Positions 37,482-46,949 of a stretch of DNA of 64,000 nt are shown in pieces (the first letter of the stretch is position 1; every line of letters begins with the position of its first letter). The DNA is taken from NCBI GenBank assembly GCA_036489375.1, contig DASXFX010000054.1, positions 64,210 through 128,209 on the forward strand, given 5' to 3'. The notes beneath the pieces are model-generated. The model was given only the letters and a program-made list of their open reading frames with translations, made no database searches and was not told the origin of the DNA. Source of the stretch: Candidatus Binataceae bacterium (lineage in GTDB: Bacteria > Desulfobacterota > Binatia > Binatales > Binataceae). Position numbers and translations under genes: made by a program.

Positions 37482-37646
37482 AGATCCTTTGGTCGGGGCC
37501 CTGGATGCCCGGCCTGCGGCGGCCGCCAGCCGTTGAATTAGCCTGCCGGCGCGTGGATAACCGCAACAAGCCGCTAATCGGCCTCGACAATGGCGGTTTT
37601 CACTGCGGCGAGGTTATGACATTATGGGAAACAATTGACAAGGACC

Positions 37647-38774
37647 ATGGCAACGAACACCAAAACCCTGCGCAGTGCCCGTGACGCCCGCGGCTTTACG
37701 CAGCTAGAGCTTGCCCGCCGCGCCGGCATTTCCCGGCAAGCGCTCGGCGCTATCGAATCCGGACTCTATATGCCGAGCGTCTCCGTGGCGCTCAGCCTGT
37801 CGCGGGAGCTTGGTCAAAGCGTGGAAACGCTGTTCGGCGATGGGGGTCAGGCAACCTCGAACCGAATCGAGGTGGATTGGACCGGTGATGAAGCCGGCGG
37901 CCGCACCGCTTTCCCGTGTCGCGTCGCGCTGGCGCGCGTCGGCGGTCAAATGGTCGCGGTTCGCCAACCAACCGCGCAACTAATGTTGCCGGCTGCGGCC
38001 GGAATGCTCGAGCGCACTCAACGTAGCCGCGCGGAGGTTGAGACCTTCCGCTCACCGGAAGAGATCGATTCGACTCTGCTCATCGCCGGATGCGATCCCG
38101 CCGTCACCATCCTTACCGATTGGCTCGCGCGCCATCGAGCGCCAGTCTCGGCGATCGCGCTTCCTTGTTCGAGCAACCGCGCGCTTTCGATGTTGCTGGC
38201 GGGCCGCACCCATGCCGCCGGTGTTCATCTGAAAGATCGCGACAGCGACGAATACAACCTTGCGCCCGCACGAACTGCCCTCGGCCGCCATCCCGCGACG
38301 GTCATCGGCTTTGCCCGCTGGGAGCTCGGACTGGCGACGGCTACCGGCAATCGATTAGGAATCCGCCGCGTGGCCGATCTGACGCGCGGTGGCGTTCGCC
38401 TGGTTAATCGTGAGGTAGGCGCCGGAGCTCGCGCCTTCCTCGACGAGGCGCTCGCGGAATCGGGGATCGATGCCAAGCGCATCGACGGCTACGACTTCGA
38501 TGTCGGCGGTCACCTGGAGGTCGCCGCCGCGATCGCTTCCGGCCACGCCAATGTCGGCGTCACGATCCGCCTCGCGGCCGACACTTACCGGCTGCCTTTC
38601 GTGCCGATTCGCGAGGAGCGCTACGACCTGGTGATACTCGATCGCGATCTCGATTCGACTCCGGTCAAAGCGATGCTCGAGGCGCTTAACTCGCGGCGTT
38701 TTGCGCGCGAGGTCAGTCAGTTCTGCGCTTACGATACTTCACAGATGGGCGCCACGATTGCTCGAGTCGCGTGA
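37647..38774 (+). CDS. XRE-type HTH regulator fused to a PBP-like (molybdate-binding-protein-like) sensor domain
   Basis: HTH GFTQLELARRAGISRQALGAIESGLYMPSVSVALSLSRELG. The C-terminal ~270 aa resemble the PBP_like domain family fused to HTH/MoeA proteins. Divergent from modABC. Confidence 0.65.
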   Translation: MATNTKTLRSARDARGFTQLELARRAGISRQALGAIESGLYMPSVSVALSLSRELGQSVETLFGDGGQATSNRIEVDWTGDEAGGRTAFPCRVALARVGGQMVAVRQPTAQLMLPAAAGMLERTQRSRAEVETFRSPEEIDSTLLIAGCDPAVTILTDWLARHRAPVSAIALPCSSNRALSMLLAGRTHAAGVHLKDRDSDEYNLAPARTALGRHPATVIGFARWELGLATATGNRLGIRRVADLTRGGVRLVNREVGAGARAFLDEALAESGIDAKRIDGYDFDVGGHLEVAAAIASGHANVGVTIRLAADTYRLPFVPIREERYDLVILDRDLDSTPVKAMLEALNSRRFAREVSQFCAYDTSQMGATIARVA

Positions 38775-39041
38775 GGTTGCGGAGGTCCTCGGCAAAACGG
38801 GCGACGCTGAGACCATAGAAGGACGGGGTGTTTTTCGCCTTAATACTTGTCAATTAGCCTTTATGATGGCATAAACCGCATACGCCGTTGAAAACGTCAG
38901 ACCGCCTCATCGGAGCATCGCATTAGTTGCGAATCTGACCGAGGAATTCATCAACGGACTCGGCCAAACGTCATCCACCGCAGGTCCGGCGCAGGGATAA
39001 AGTCTCGCGGATCGATGGGCGCGCGTCCAACAGAGGGCACA

Positions 39042-41348
39042 ATGTCAGAAACGAACGGTCATAACGGGGCAACTCCGAAATTCCGGGTGATTGGAACGCG
39101 GCCGATTCGCCATGATGGCGCAGACAAGGTTACCGGCCGCGCCAAGTACGGAGCAGACTACTCGCTGCCCGGAATGCTGCATGGCAAAATCCTGCGCAGC
39201 CCGCACGCGCACGCCCGGATTAAGAAAATCGATTTTTCCGCGGCGCTCAAGCTGCCGGGCGTATTTGCGATAGTCACCGGCGCGGATTTTCCCGAAGTCG
39301 CCAGCAAGAACGAGATGGTCGGCGAAGGGGCAGTCAATCCGCGCTACCTCTCGATGAACATCCTGGCGCGCGACAAGGCGCTGTATGATGGTCACGCCAT
39401 CGCCGCAGTCGCCGCGAGCGACCGCCATACCGCGGAGGAAGCGCTTCGCCTGATCGAGGTCGAATACGAAGTGCTGCCGCCGGTGATGAAGGTCGAAGAG
39501 GCGATGCGCGACGATGCGCCGATCATTCTCGAGGACCTGCGCAGCAAGGAAAGCGGACCGGATCAGCAAACCAACGTCGCCAATCATCTTCAATTCAAGC
39601 GCGGCGATCTCGACGAGGGCTTCAAGGCGGCCGACTACATAGTTGAGCGTGAGTTCGACACCGCGATGGTCCATCAGGGCTACATCGAACCGCACAACGC
39701 CCTGGGTGTTTACAGCAGTGACGGCCATGCGACCATCTACTGCTCCAGCCAGGGGCCCTTTGCGATCAGATCGCTCACCGCGCAAGTGCTCAAAATGCCT
39801 GAGGGCAATATCAAGGTCGTCCCGGCCGAGATCGGCGGCGGCTTCGGCGGCAAGCTGACCGCATACCTGGAGCCGCTCGCGATCATGCTGTCTAAGAAAA
39901 GCGGACGCCCAGTAAAAATGGTCATGACCCGGGCCGAAGTCCTGCGCGCGACGGGGCCAACTTCCGGCTCGAAGATTCGCTGCAAGCTTGGCGCAACCAA
40001 GGATGGCAAAATCGTCGCCGCCGAAGTCTGGATGGCCTATGAAGCCGGCGCCTTTCCGGGTTCGCCGGTCGCCGCAGGCGCGATGACGATCATCGCCTCG
40101 TACAACATCCCGCACCTTCGTATCGACGCGTACGACGTAATCGTCAATCGGCCCAAGACCGCAGCCTATCGCGCGCCGGGCGCCAGCAATGCCGCGTTCG
40201 CATCGGAAACGCTTATTGACGAACTGGCCGAGCGATGCGGCATCGATCCGATCGATTTCCGAATTATGAACGGGGTAAGCGAAGGCAGCGCGCAAACCGC
40301 AGGGCCTCCGTTCAAACGCATCGGCTTTATCGAAACCTGTCAGGCCATCAAGGACAGCCCGCACTACCAGTCGAAACTCGAAGGGCCTAATCGTGGCCGC
40401 GGCGTCGCCGCGGGATTCTGGTTCAACGCGGGACTTCAGTCCTCCGCCGTCGTCAACATCCACAACGATGGCACCGCGAGCGTGGTCACCGGTTCAGTCG
40501 ATATCGGCGGCTCGCGCGCCTCGATGGCGATGATCACAGCCGAGGTCCTCGGCCTCGAAATCAACGAGGTCCGGCCGCTGGTCGCCGACACTGATTCGAT
40601 CGGGCACACCGATGTCACCGGCGGCAGCAGAACGACTCTGGCTACTGGTCAGGCGGTTTACGAGGCCGCCCAGGACGTTGTCCGCCAGCTAAAAGAACGC
40701 GCCGCCAAGCTGTGGGAGAAAAAGCCCGAAGAGATCACCTTCGATGGGCGGGCCTTCAGCGCGGTTGGCGAGGGCATTTCGCCCATGACGGTGAAGCAAC
40801 TCGCACCCCGGCTGGCCCGCACCGGGGGGCCTGTGGTCGGACGCGCAACCATCAATCAGCGTGGAGTCGGGCCGGGCTTTGCGGTTACGCTGGTCGATAT
40901 CGAAGTCGATCCGGATACCGGCAAAAGCCAGGTTTTGCGTTGCACCATTGCGCAGGACGCCGGCAAGGCGATTCATCCGAGTTACGTCGAAGGCCAGATG
41001 CAGGGCGGCACCGCGCAAGGTCTGGGTTGGGCGCTGAACGAGGAATACGTTTACGATTCGAAGGGCAACTTGCGCAATTTTGGCCTGCTGGATTATCGGA
41101 TGCCGACTTGCCTCGATTTGCCTATGATAGAGACCGCTATCGTCGAGGTACCGAATCCCGGCCATCCGTTGGGAATCCGCGGGGTCGGCGAGGTCTCGAT
41201 CGTGCCACCACCGGCCGCGGCAGCAAATGCGATTTATCGCGCCGTCGGAGTGCGGATGACGACGCTTCCGATATCGCCGCCGCGATTGCTGAAAGCGATG
41301 ATCGACAAACACCAAACCGTCGAAGCGCAGGCGGCCGCTGCGGACTGA
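39042..41348 (+). CDS. Xanthine dehydrogenase / aldehyde oxidase family molybdopterin-binding (large) subunit
   Basis: N-terminal IRHDGADKVTGRAKYGADYSLPGMLHGKILRSPHAHARI. a/b-hammerhead plus Mo-binding domains, including the GGGFGGK motif. Confidence 0.85.
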   Translation: MSETNGHNGATPKFRVIGTRPIRHDGADKVTGRAKYGADYSLPGMLHGKILRSPHAHARIKKIDFSAALKLPGVFAIVTGADFPEVASKNEMVGEGAVNPRYLSMNILARDKALYDGHAIAAVAASDRHTAEEALRLIEVEYEVLPPVMKVEEAMRDDAPIILEDLRSKESGPDQQTNVANHLQFKRGDLDEGFKAADYIVEREFDTAMVHQGYIEPHNALGVYSSDGHATIYCSSQGPFAIRSLTAQVLKMPEGNIKVVPAEIGGGFGGKLTAYLEPLAIMLSKKSGRPVKMVMTRAEVLRATGPTSGSKIRCKLGATKDGKIVAAEVWMAYEAGAFPGSPVAAGAMTIIASYNIPHLRIDAYDVIVNRPKTAAYRAPGASNAAFASETLIDELAERCGIDPIDFRIMNGVSEGSAQTAGPPFKRIGFIETCQAIKDSPHYQSKLEGPNRGRGVAAGFWFNAGLQSSAVVNIHNDGTASVVTGSVDIGGSRASMAMITAEVLGLEINEVRPLVADTDSIGHTDVTGGSRTTLATGQAVYEAAQDVVRQLKERAAKLWEKKPEEITFDGRAFSAVGEGISPMTVKQLAPRLARTGGPVVGRATINQRGVGPGFAVTLVDIEVDPDTGKSQVLRCTIAQDAGKAIHPSYVEGQMQGGTAQGLGWALNEEYVYDSKGNLRNFGLLDYRMPTCLDLPMIETAIVEVPNPGHPLGIRGVGEVSIVPPPAAAANAIYRAVGVRMTTLPISPPRLLKAMIDKHQTVEAQAAAAD

Positions 41349-41455
41349 GAACTGCAGCGCTCACAGGCGCGGTCCAGGCGATCCGTCGGCGACATTCGGT
41401 TAGGCTCGTGACGGAACAGACCTGCGGTAGTAGATTTTTCTTCAGGTGATCATTT

Positions 41456-42448
41456 ATGAGCGAATCGAAAATGCAACAGCGTAAGCTCGGCACCCAGGGC
41501 CTGGTCGTTTCCGAACTGGGCCTCGGATGCATGGGCATGTCGGAGTTCTACGGACCGCGCGACGATACCGAATCGGTTGCGACGCTCCATCGCGCGCTCG
41601 AACTCGGAATCGATTTTTTCGACACCTCGGACATGTATGGGCCGTATCACAACGAGGAACTGGTCGGGCGCAAGTTCGGGCCCGTGCGTAAGAGTGTGAT
41701 CATCGCGACCAAATTCGGCATCGTCCGCCATCCCGATGGTACTCGTCAGATCAACGGACGCCCGGAATACGTGCGGTCTGCTTGCGACGCCTCGCTCAAG
41801 CGCCTCGGTATCGAACAGATCGATCTCTATTACCAGCATCGGGTGGATCGGACCGTGCCGATCGAGGAGACCGTCGGCGCCATGGCGGACCTTATCAAGG
41901 CCGGCAAGGTTCGCTATCTCGGTCTTTCGGAGGCGTCGGCGAAAACCATCCGGCGCGCGCATGCGACCCATCCGATCAGCGCGGTCCAATCGGAATATTC
42001 GCTGTGGAGCCGCGATATCGAGAACGAAGTGCTCCCGACGCTGCGCGAGTTGGGCATCGGCCTGGTCGCATACAGTCCGCTCGGACGCGGGTTTCTGAGC
42101 GGCGAGTACAAGTCGCTCGACGATTTCCCGCAAGGCGACTTCCGCCGCCTCAACCCGAGATTCCAGGGCGAGAATTTCAACCGCAATCTCGCGGTGGTCG
42201 AGCGCGTAAATCGAATCGCCGCGGAGAAAGGCGTCACCCCGAGCCAGCTCGCGCTCGCCTGGGTGTTTGCGCGCGGAGAGGATATCGTGCCGATTCCCGG
42301 AACCAAGCGGCGCAAATATCTCGAGGAAAACGCAGCCGCCGTCAACATCAAATTGAGTGCGAGCGATCTAAGCCGCATCGAAGAGGTAGCGCCCAAGGGC
42401 TTCGCCGCCGGCGATCGCTATCCCGACATGAGCGCCGTTGACGTCTGA
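41456..42448 (+). CDS. Aldo/keto reductase (Tas/YghZ-like)
   Basis: [23 protein letters not shown]...FFDTSDMYG...[10 protein letters not shown] motifs. Confidence 0.85.
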   Translation: MSESKMQQRKLGTQGLVVSELGLGCMGMSEFYGPRDDTESVATLHRALELGIDFFDTSDMYGPYHNEELVGRKFGPVRKSVIIATKFGIVRHPDGTRQINGRPEYVRSACDASLKRLGIEQIDLYYQHRVDRTVPIEETVGAMADLIKAGKVRYLGLSEASAKTIRRAHATHPISAVQSEYSLWSRDIENEVLPTLRELGIGLVAYSPLGRGFLSGEYKSLDDFPQGDFRRLNPRFQGENFNRNLAVVERVNRIAAEKGVTPSQLALAWVFARGEDIVPIPGTKRRKYLEENAAAVNIKLSASDLSRIEEVAPKGFAAGDRYPDMSAVDV

Positions 42449-42591
42449 TCGACCTGGCCCGTCTGACCGACAAGGCTTCGACTCTGGGGTGCTTCTGGAT
42501 TCGTCATCCATTGTTCGAGGGCTTGGAAAGCGTGGAACTCCGACGCCACAACCTCCGTTTATATGACAAGCTCATTGCGGAGGACCTTCCA

Positions 42592-43170
42592 ATGCCTAGC
42601 ACCAGACCAATGCGGAACATTACGGCGATAGCGTGCGCCCTGATTTGTTGCGCGACCGTCGCGATGGTCGCGCCCGGCGACGCCCTTGCCGAATTGCTCA
42701 AGGCCGGAGACCCCGCGCCCCAATTCTCGACCCAGGCCATCTATGGCGATCAGACCACGCCGGTAAAGTTGAGTGACTATCGCGGCCAGGTCGTCGCGCT
42801 CTACTTCTACCCCAAGGACTTCACTCCGGGATGCACTACCGAGGCGTGCACCTTTCGCGACAGCTACGCGAAGATCAAGAAATCCGGCATCGTGCTGCTC
42901 GGATGTAGCGTCGATACGGCGGACGCCCATCGTGCGTTCATCAAGAAGTACGGCCTGCCATTCCCGCTGTTGCTCGACCCCGACAAGAAGATCGCAACGG
43001 AATATGGCGTCGCCAATGGCATCGCCAAATACGGTCTCGATGGGCGCGTTACCTACGTGATCGGCGGTGATGGAAAAATCCTCAAGGTTTATCCAAAGGT
43101 CGATCCCGCCACGAACGCGTCCGAAATCATCAGTGAGTTCGGCGCTAAATCTACGGCCGCGGCGAATTAA
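42592..43170 (+). CDS. bcp: Bcp-type peroxiredoxin (thioredoxin fold) with N-terminal export signal
   Basis: Active site FYPKDFTPGCTTEAC, preceded by MPSTRPMRNITAIACALICCATVAMVAPGDALA. GGAGGA SD upstream of ATG 42592. Confidence 0.8.
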   Translation: MPSTRPMRNITAIACALICCATVAMVAPGDALAELLKAGDPAPQFSTQAIYGDQTTPVKLSDYRGQVVALYFYPKDFTPGCTTEACTFRDSYAKIKKSGIVLLGCSVDTADAHRAFIKKYGLPFPLLLDPDKKIATEYGVANGIAKYGLDGRVTYVIGGDGKILKVYPKVDPATNASEIISEFGAKSTAAAN

Positions 43171-43338
43171 GGACCTCGACGCCGAAGCCACGGTTCGTCA
43201 GCTCGACGGGCGCGGCACGCTCGCTCAAAGGAGCGGCTCTCGCCTCGCTGCTCACATCGTTCATATCGATCTCTTGTGACCGCCCGGTGTCTCTTACGAG
43301 ATCACGGCTTCAAGCCGGTTCAATTTTGAAAGACCGTG

Positions 43339-43350
43339 TAGCAATTGCTA
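43339..43350. promoter_or_regulatory. Perfect 12-bp palindrome TAGCAATTGCTA upstream of the flavin amine oxidase gene
   Basis: Self-complementary, about 118 nt upstream of ATG 43468. Confidence 0.25.
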
Positions 43351-43467
43351 ATCCCCGATCAATCGGAAGACGAGGTTCGCTGAAGTGCATGACGAAAAGA
43401 TCTCCCGGCGAGGTCGCATCGTTTAGTGAAACGAGAATATGATGCCCTCGAAGTACCGGGATAGAAG

Positions 43468-45051
43468 ATGGCTCTTAGTCGTCGCCAGTTCCTCACCAAG
43501 GTCGCTGCCATAGGCGGAATCGGAGCAGCTTTTTCTTCGATGCAGGCGTTGGGGCTGGCCTCGACGGCCTTTGCCACACCTGCGCCGGTATTGCCTCCCA
43601 AAATTGGCCACGGCACCCGCATCGTCATCCTCGGCGCGGGCATAGCTGGACTTGTCATGACCTATCGCATGGAGCGAGCCGGATTTTCGGTGACCCTGTT
43701 AGAAGCGCGACGGCGCACCGGAGGCAGAAACTGGACGCTCCGTCGCGGCGACAAGGTCGAGATGATAGATGAAGATCAGCAGACGGTGGGCTTTTCCAAG
43801 GGTAAGTATTTCAACGCCGGGCCGGCGCGAATTCCCAGCCTCCACCAAGGCATCCTCGGTTACTGCAAGCTGCTCGAAGTACCCCTTGAAATTGAAGTCA
43901 ACTTCAGTGACAGCGCCTTGTTGCAATCGGACGGCTCCTTTAACGGTAGGCCGATTCAGGAACGGCAGGCGATCAACGATTTCCGCGGTCGAGTAGCGGA
44001 ATTGTTGACCAAGGCCACAAATCGCGGCGCGCTCGATCGGGAATTGACCGCCGAAGACAAAGAGCGCCTCGTCGCCTTCCTGCGAACCTACGGAGATCTG
44101 TCGAAAGATGGCCTCTACGAGGGCACCGACCGCGCAGGTTACAAAGTCTTGCCCGGAGCGTACGACCAGATTGGTGTTAACCGCGATCCGTTGAGCTTGC
44201 ACGATTTACTTAAGGATGACGCACTGGACGGCATGATGTTCGATGAGATCATCGTCATGCAGGCGCCAATGTTCGAGCCAGTAGGAGGAATGGATCGGAT
44301 TCCAGCCGCATTTCACAAATCGATAAGAAGCCCAATTCTGCTTGGTGCAGAAGTTAGAGGTATCTATCAAAATGAGGAAAGGACTGAGATCGCCTACCTC
44401 GAACGAAGCAGCGGCAAATCCGGTAAGCTCACTGCGGACTACGTCGTCTGCACAATTCCGTTACCCGTCCTTGCGAACATAGAGGCGGACTTCAGTCCTC
44501 AAGTTAAGCAAGCCATCGCTGGTGCGAAGTACGATCATTCTGCGAAGGTCGCGTTCGAATCGCCCCGCTTCTGGGAAGCTGAACAGATATACGGCGGACT
44601 ATCTTTCGGAGGCGCCGACACCGGCGCGGTCTGGTATCCCAGCACCGGCTACCAATCGGCTCGCGGCATTATTCTTGGCGCCTATGTCTCGGGTAAGCCA
44701 GCGGTAGCATTCGAGGCATTGCCGGTCTCCAGGCAGATCGATATGGCGCGTAATGCGATCGACAAACTGCATCCGGGTCACGGAGCCGAATTGACTGCGG
44801 GCGTAGCCGTGGATTGGAACAGAATTCCATATAATCTCGGCCCCTGGATTCACTGGACGAACTCTGCCTCCGACACCGACGCTTATCGACTGCTGAATCA
44901 ACCTGACGGACGTATCTATTTCAGCGGCGCGCATCTAAGCCAATTACCAAGCTGGCAGGAAGGCGCCGTGCTTGCGGCACATCGCACCATAGAAATGATC
45001 GCGACCCGCGTCGGTGCGACGTCAACTGCCCAACGTGATCGAAGATCATAA
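43468..45051 (+). CDS. Flavin-containing amine oxidase family protein (L-amino-acid/monoamine oxidase-like) with Tat signal
   Basis: Twin-arginine motif SRRQFL plus h-region. Dinucleotide-binding motif RIVILGAGIAGLVMTYRMERAGFSVTLLEARRRTGGR. Confidence 0.85.
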   Translation: MALSRRQFLTKVAAIGGIGAAFSSMQALGLASTAFATPAPVLPPKIGHGTRIVILGAGIAGLVMTYRMERAGFSVTLLEARRRTGGRNWTLRRGDKVEMIDEDQQTVGFSKGKYFNAGPARIPSLHQGILGYCKLLEVPLEIEVNFSDSALLQSDGSFNGRPIQERQAINDFRGRVAELLTKATNRGALDRELTAEDKERLVAFLRTYGDLSKDGLYEGTDRAGYKVLPGAYDQIGVNRDPLSLHDLLKDDALDGMMFDEIIVMQAPMFEPVGGMDRIPAAFHKSIRSPILLGAEVRGIYQNEERTEIAYLERSSGKSGKLTADYVVCTIPLPVLANIEADFSPQVKQAIAGAKYDHSAKVAFESPRFWEAEQIYGGLSFGGADTGAVWYPSTGYQSARGIILGAYVSGKPAVAFEALPVSRQIDMARNAIDKLHPGHGAELTAGVAVDWNRIPYNLGPWIHWTNSASDTDAYRLLNQPDGRIYFSGAHLSQLPSWQEGAVLAAHRTIEMIATRVGATSTAQRDRRS

Positions 45052-45425
45052 CAGTGCTGCGACGTTGGGATGGTCTCCGCCGGGCAACTTTCTGTCCTCA
45101 AGGGTTTTCTTTCAAAAACCGTGTGACTAAACTGGCTGGATTGATAAACGGCCAATGCTGATGGGATTGGATGCCGCACGGCAGCTGCGGAGCTAGGATG
45201 AAAAATGCGGTTCGCTCGATCTGATCCCGCGTTGGAGCAAGTGGCAGATCGGAAGGAAGTTCAAGAAGCGGAAACTTCGCTAACAATAACTTTCGCGGCC
45301 CAACGATAGGCCTCCGCAACAAAGAACCACGTTTGCCTCACGACGTGTTAAGAATGTGCGGCTCTGTGAATCGATGAACCCCCGATCGACAGGAAAAGTT
45401 GAGTCAGTAATCTCGAAAGGTTGTA

Positions 45426-46817
45426 ATGAGATCATTTATTCGTTCGTTTTTCGTATCGTTTGTTCTGATTGTCTTCGGAGTCCTTATCGGACAGTCGGCC
45501 TTCGCCGCTGAAAGCACCGAACCTGCGGCTCCGGCCAGCCCGGCGACTACCACGGGCGCTGCATCAACCGACGCGAACCCACCGCAGGCGGCAGCAACGG
45601 CTCCAGCGATCCCGCTCGGAACGGTGATAACTCCCGCGAATTGGCAGCAGTATCAGCAATTCATGCCGGACGGGATGGTCAGTCTCTTCGAAGGCCGATC
45701 GGCGTGGAAGATGCCGAGCGATCTATCGATGACCGTCGGTCCCACCGTCATCCATCCACTGCCGGCGGGCTACATGGCCGCCACAGAAAAATACAGCCCG
45801 AACACCCAGCTGGTGGAGTTGCCCGGAGGTGGACTCACGATAAGTGGGTATCAAGGTGGCATACCGTTTCCGAATCCCACGGAACCCCATCGCGGATGGA
45901 AACTCCTTGCTGACTTCTGGTATCGCTACATACCTCATATCGTCGTCAACGCGCCTGAAAACCCGGGCTTTAACTGCACCCTCGATGGTTTCGGCAATGT
46001 CAGTTGCGTCAAGGGGTTGTGGGTCGCGCGCCAGCTCTCCTACAACACCGATCCGGGGACGCCGTCCTCGTTTCCGGGCGCCGAAGGCAAGTACTACACA
46101 ACATGGTTTATGGTCGAGGAACCCGAACAACTGCGTTACTCCACGACACTCACTATGGAGTACACGGATCTGACCAAGCCCGAGGACGTTTTTGTCTTTG
46201 TGCCATCGATGCGTCGGACGCAACGCCTGTCCGCGGCCGCGCGCTGCTCGAGCTCGGGCACCGAGATGACACCTGACGACGGCCGCTTCGGTTTCGACGG
46301 CACCATTCCCGACTTCAGCGCCGACTTGGTTGGCACGCGCAAGATTCTGACCGAGATGGACATCAAATCCGCCGGCGCGAATTTTCCCGACAATTACGAC
46401 ATGCCGTTGGGTTGGCCCACACCGTCATGGGGTCAATGGGAGCTGCGAGATTCGTATATTCTGGACATCCGTAAGCTGCCTGCGAAGGCGTCCGGCTATT
46501 GTTACGGCAAACGGATTCTCTACGTCGATCAGCAGTTTTTCGGCCCTCTGTGGCTCGATCTGTACGACCCCAAGATGCAGTTATGGAAAGTTGCATTGCT
46601 ACAGCCGATCGTCACCGACATCCCACGCATCGGGCTGCAGAACTCGAGTGGCGCGTGGTATTCCCATTGGTGGGATCTGCAAAGTCATCATGCCACCTTC
46701 CAGGGACCCCGAGATGGCCACGGTTATAACGTCCTGCTGAATGACAACGTGCCGGCGTCCTATCTCGACGTCGAGCGCTACACGACGCCCGGTGGCCTTG
46801 GTGACGTTATGCGCTAG
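45426..46817 (+). CDS. DUF1329 domain-containing exported protein (LolA-like fold family)
   Basis: Signal peptide. Blocks ITPANWQQYQQFMPDGM...GGIPFPNP...GWKLLADFWYRY match my recollection of DUF1329 conserved blocks. Confidence 0.55.
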   Translation: MRSFIRSFFVSFVLIVFGVLIGQSAFAAESTEPAAPASPATTTGAASTDANPPQAAATAPAIPLGTVITPANWQQYQQFMPDGMVSLFEGRSAWKMPSDLSMTVGPTVIHPLPAGYMAATEKYSPNTQLVELPGGGLTISGYQGGIPFPNPTEPHRGWKLLADFWYRYIPHIVVNAPENPGFNCTLDGFGNVSCVKGLWVARQLSYNTDPGTPSSFPGAEGKYYTTWFMVEEPEQLRYSTTLTMEYTDLTKPEDVFVFVPSMRRTQRLSAAARCSSSGTEMTPDDGRFGFDGTIPDFSADLVGTRKILTEMDIKSAGANFPDNYDMPLGWPTPSWGQWELRDSYILDIRKLPAKASGYCYGKRILYVDQQFFGPLWLDLYDPKMQLWKVALLQPIVTDIPRIGLQNSSGAWYSHWWDLQSHHATFQGPRDGHGYNVLLNDNVPASYLDVERYTTPGGLGDVMR

Positions 46818-46949
46818 GACCTGCTGCGTTGGCAGGATTAGGCGAAACGCTTCGGGCCGGTCTCCAGGTCGAGGCCCGGTTCTGTCATCACGATCGGGAT
46901 ACACCCCAGATGGGGCCCTGGTGGGAAGGGCGAACCCGTTGGCACTGAG

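Noticed and set aside
37388-37634. Moco riboswitch or E. coli-type ModE box upstream of modA (also looked at 38775-39041 upstream of the molybdoenzyme gene)
   Set aside because: I could not find the conserved CCUCCGAG-type core, or a TATAT-N-ATATA-like ModE operator, by eye. Only the ATTCGCGA-N15-TCGCGAAT repeat stands out. A covariance-model scan (Rfam RF01055) would be decisive.
39045-40463. 472-aa minus-strand ORF
   Set aside because: Shadow of the molybdopterin-subunit gene.
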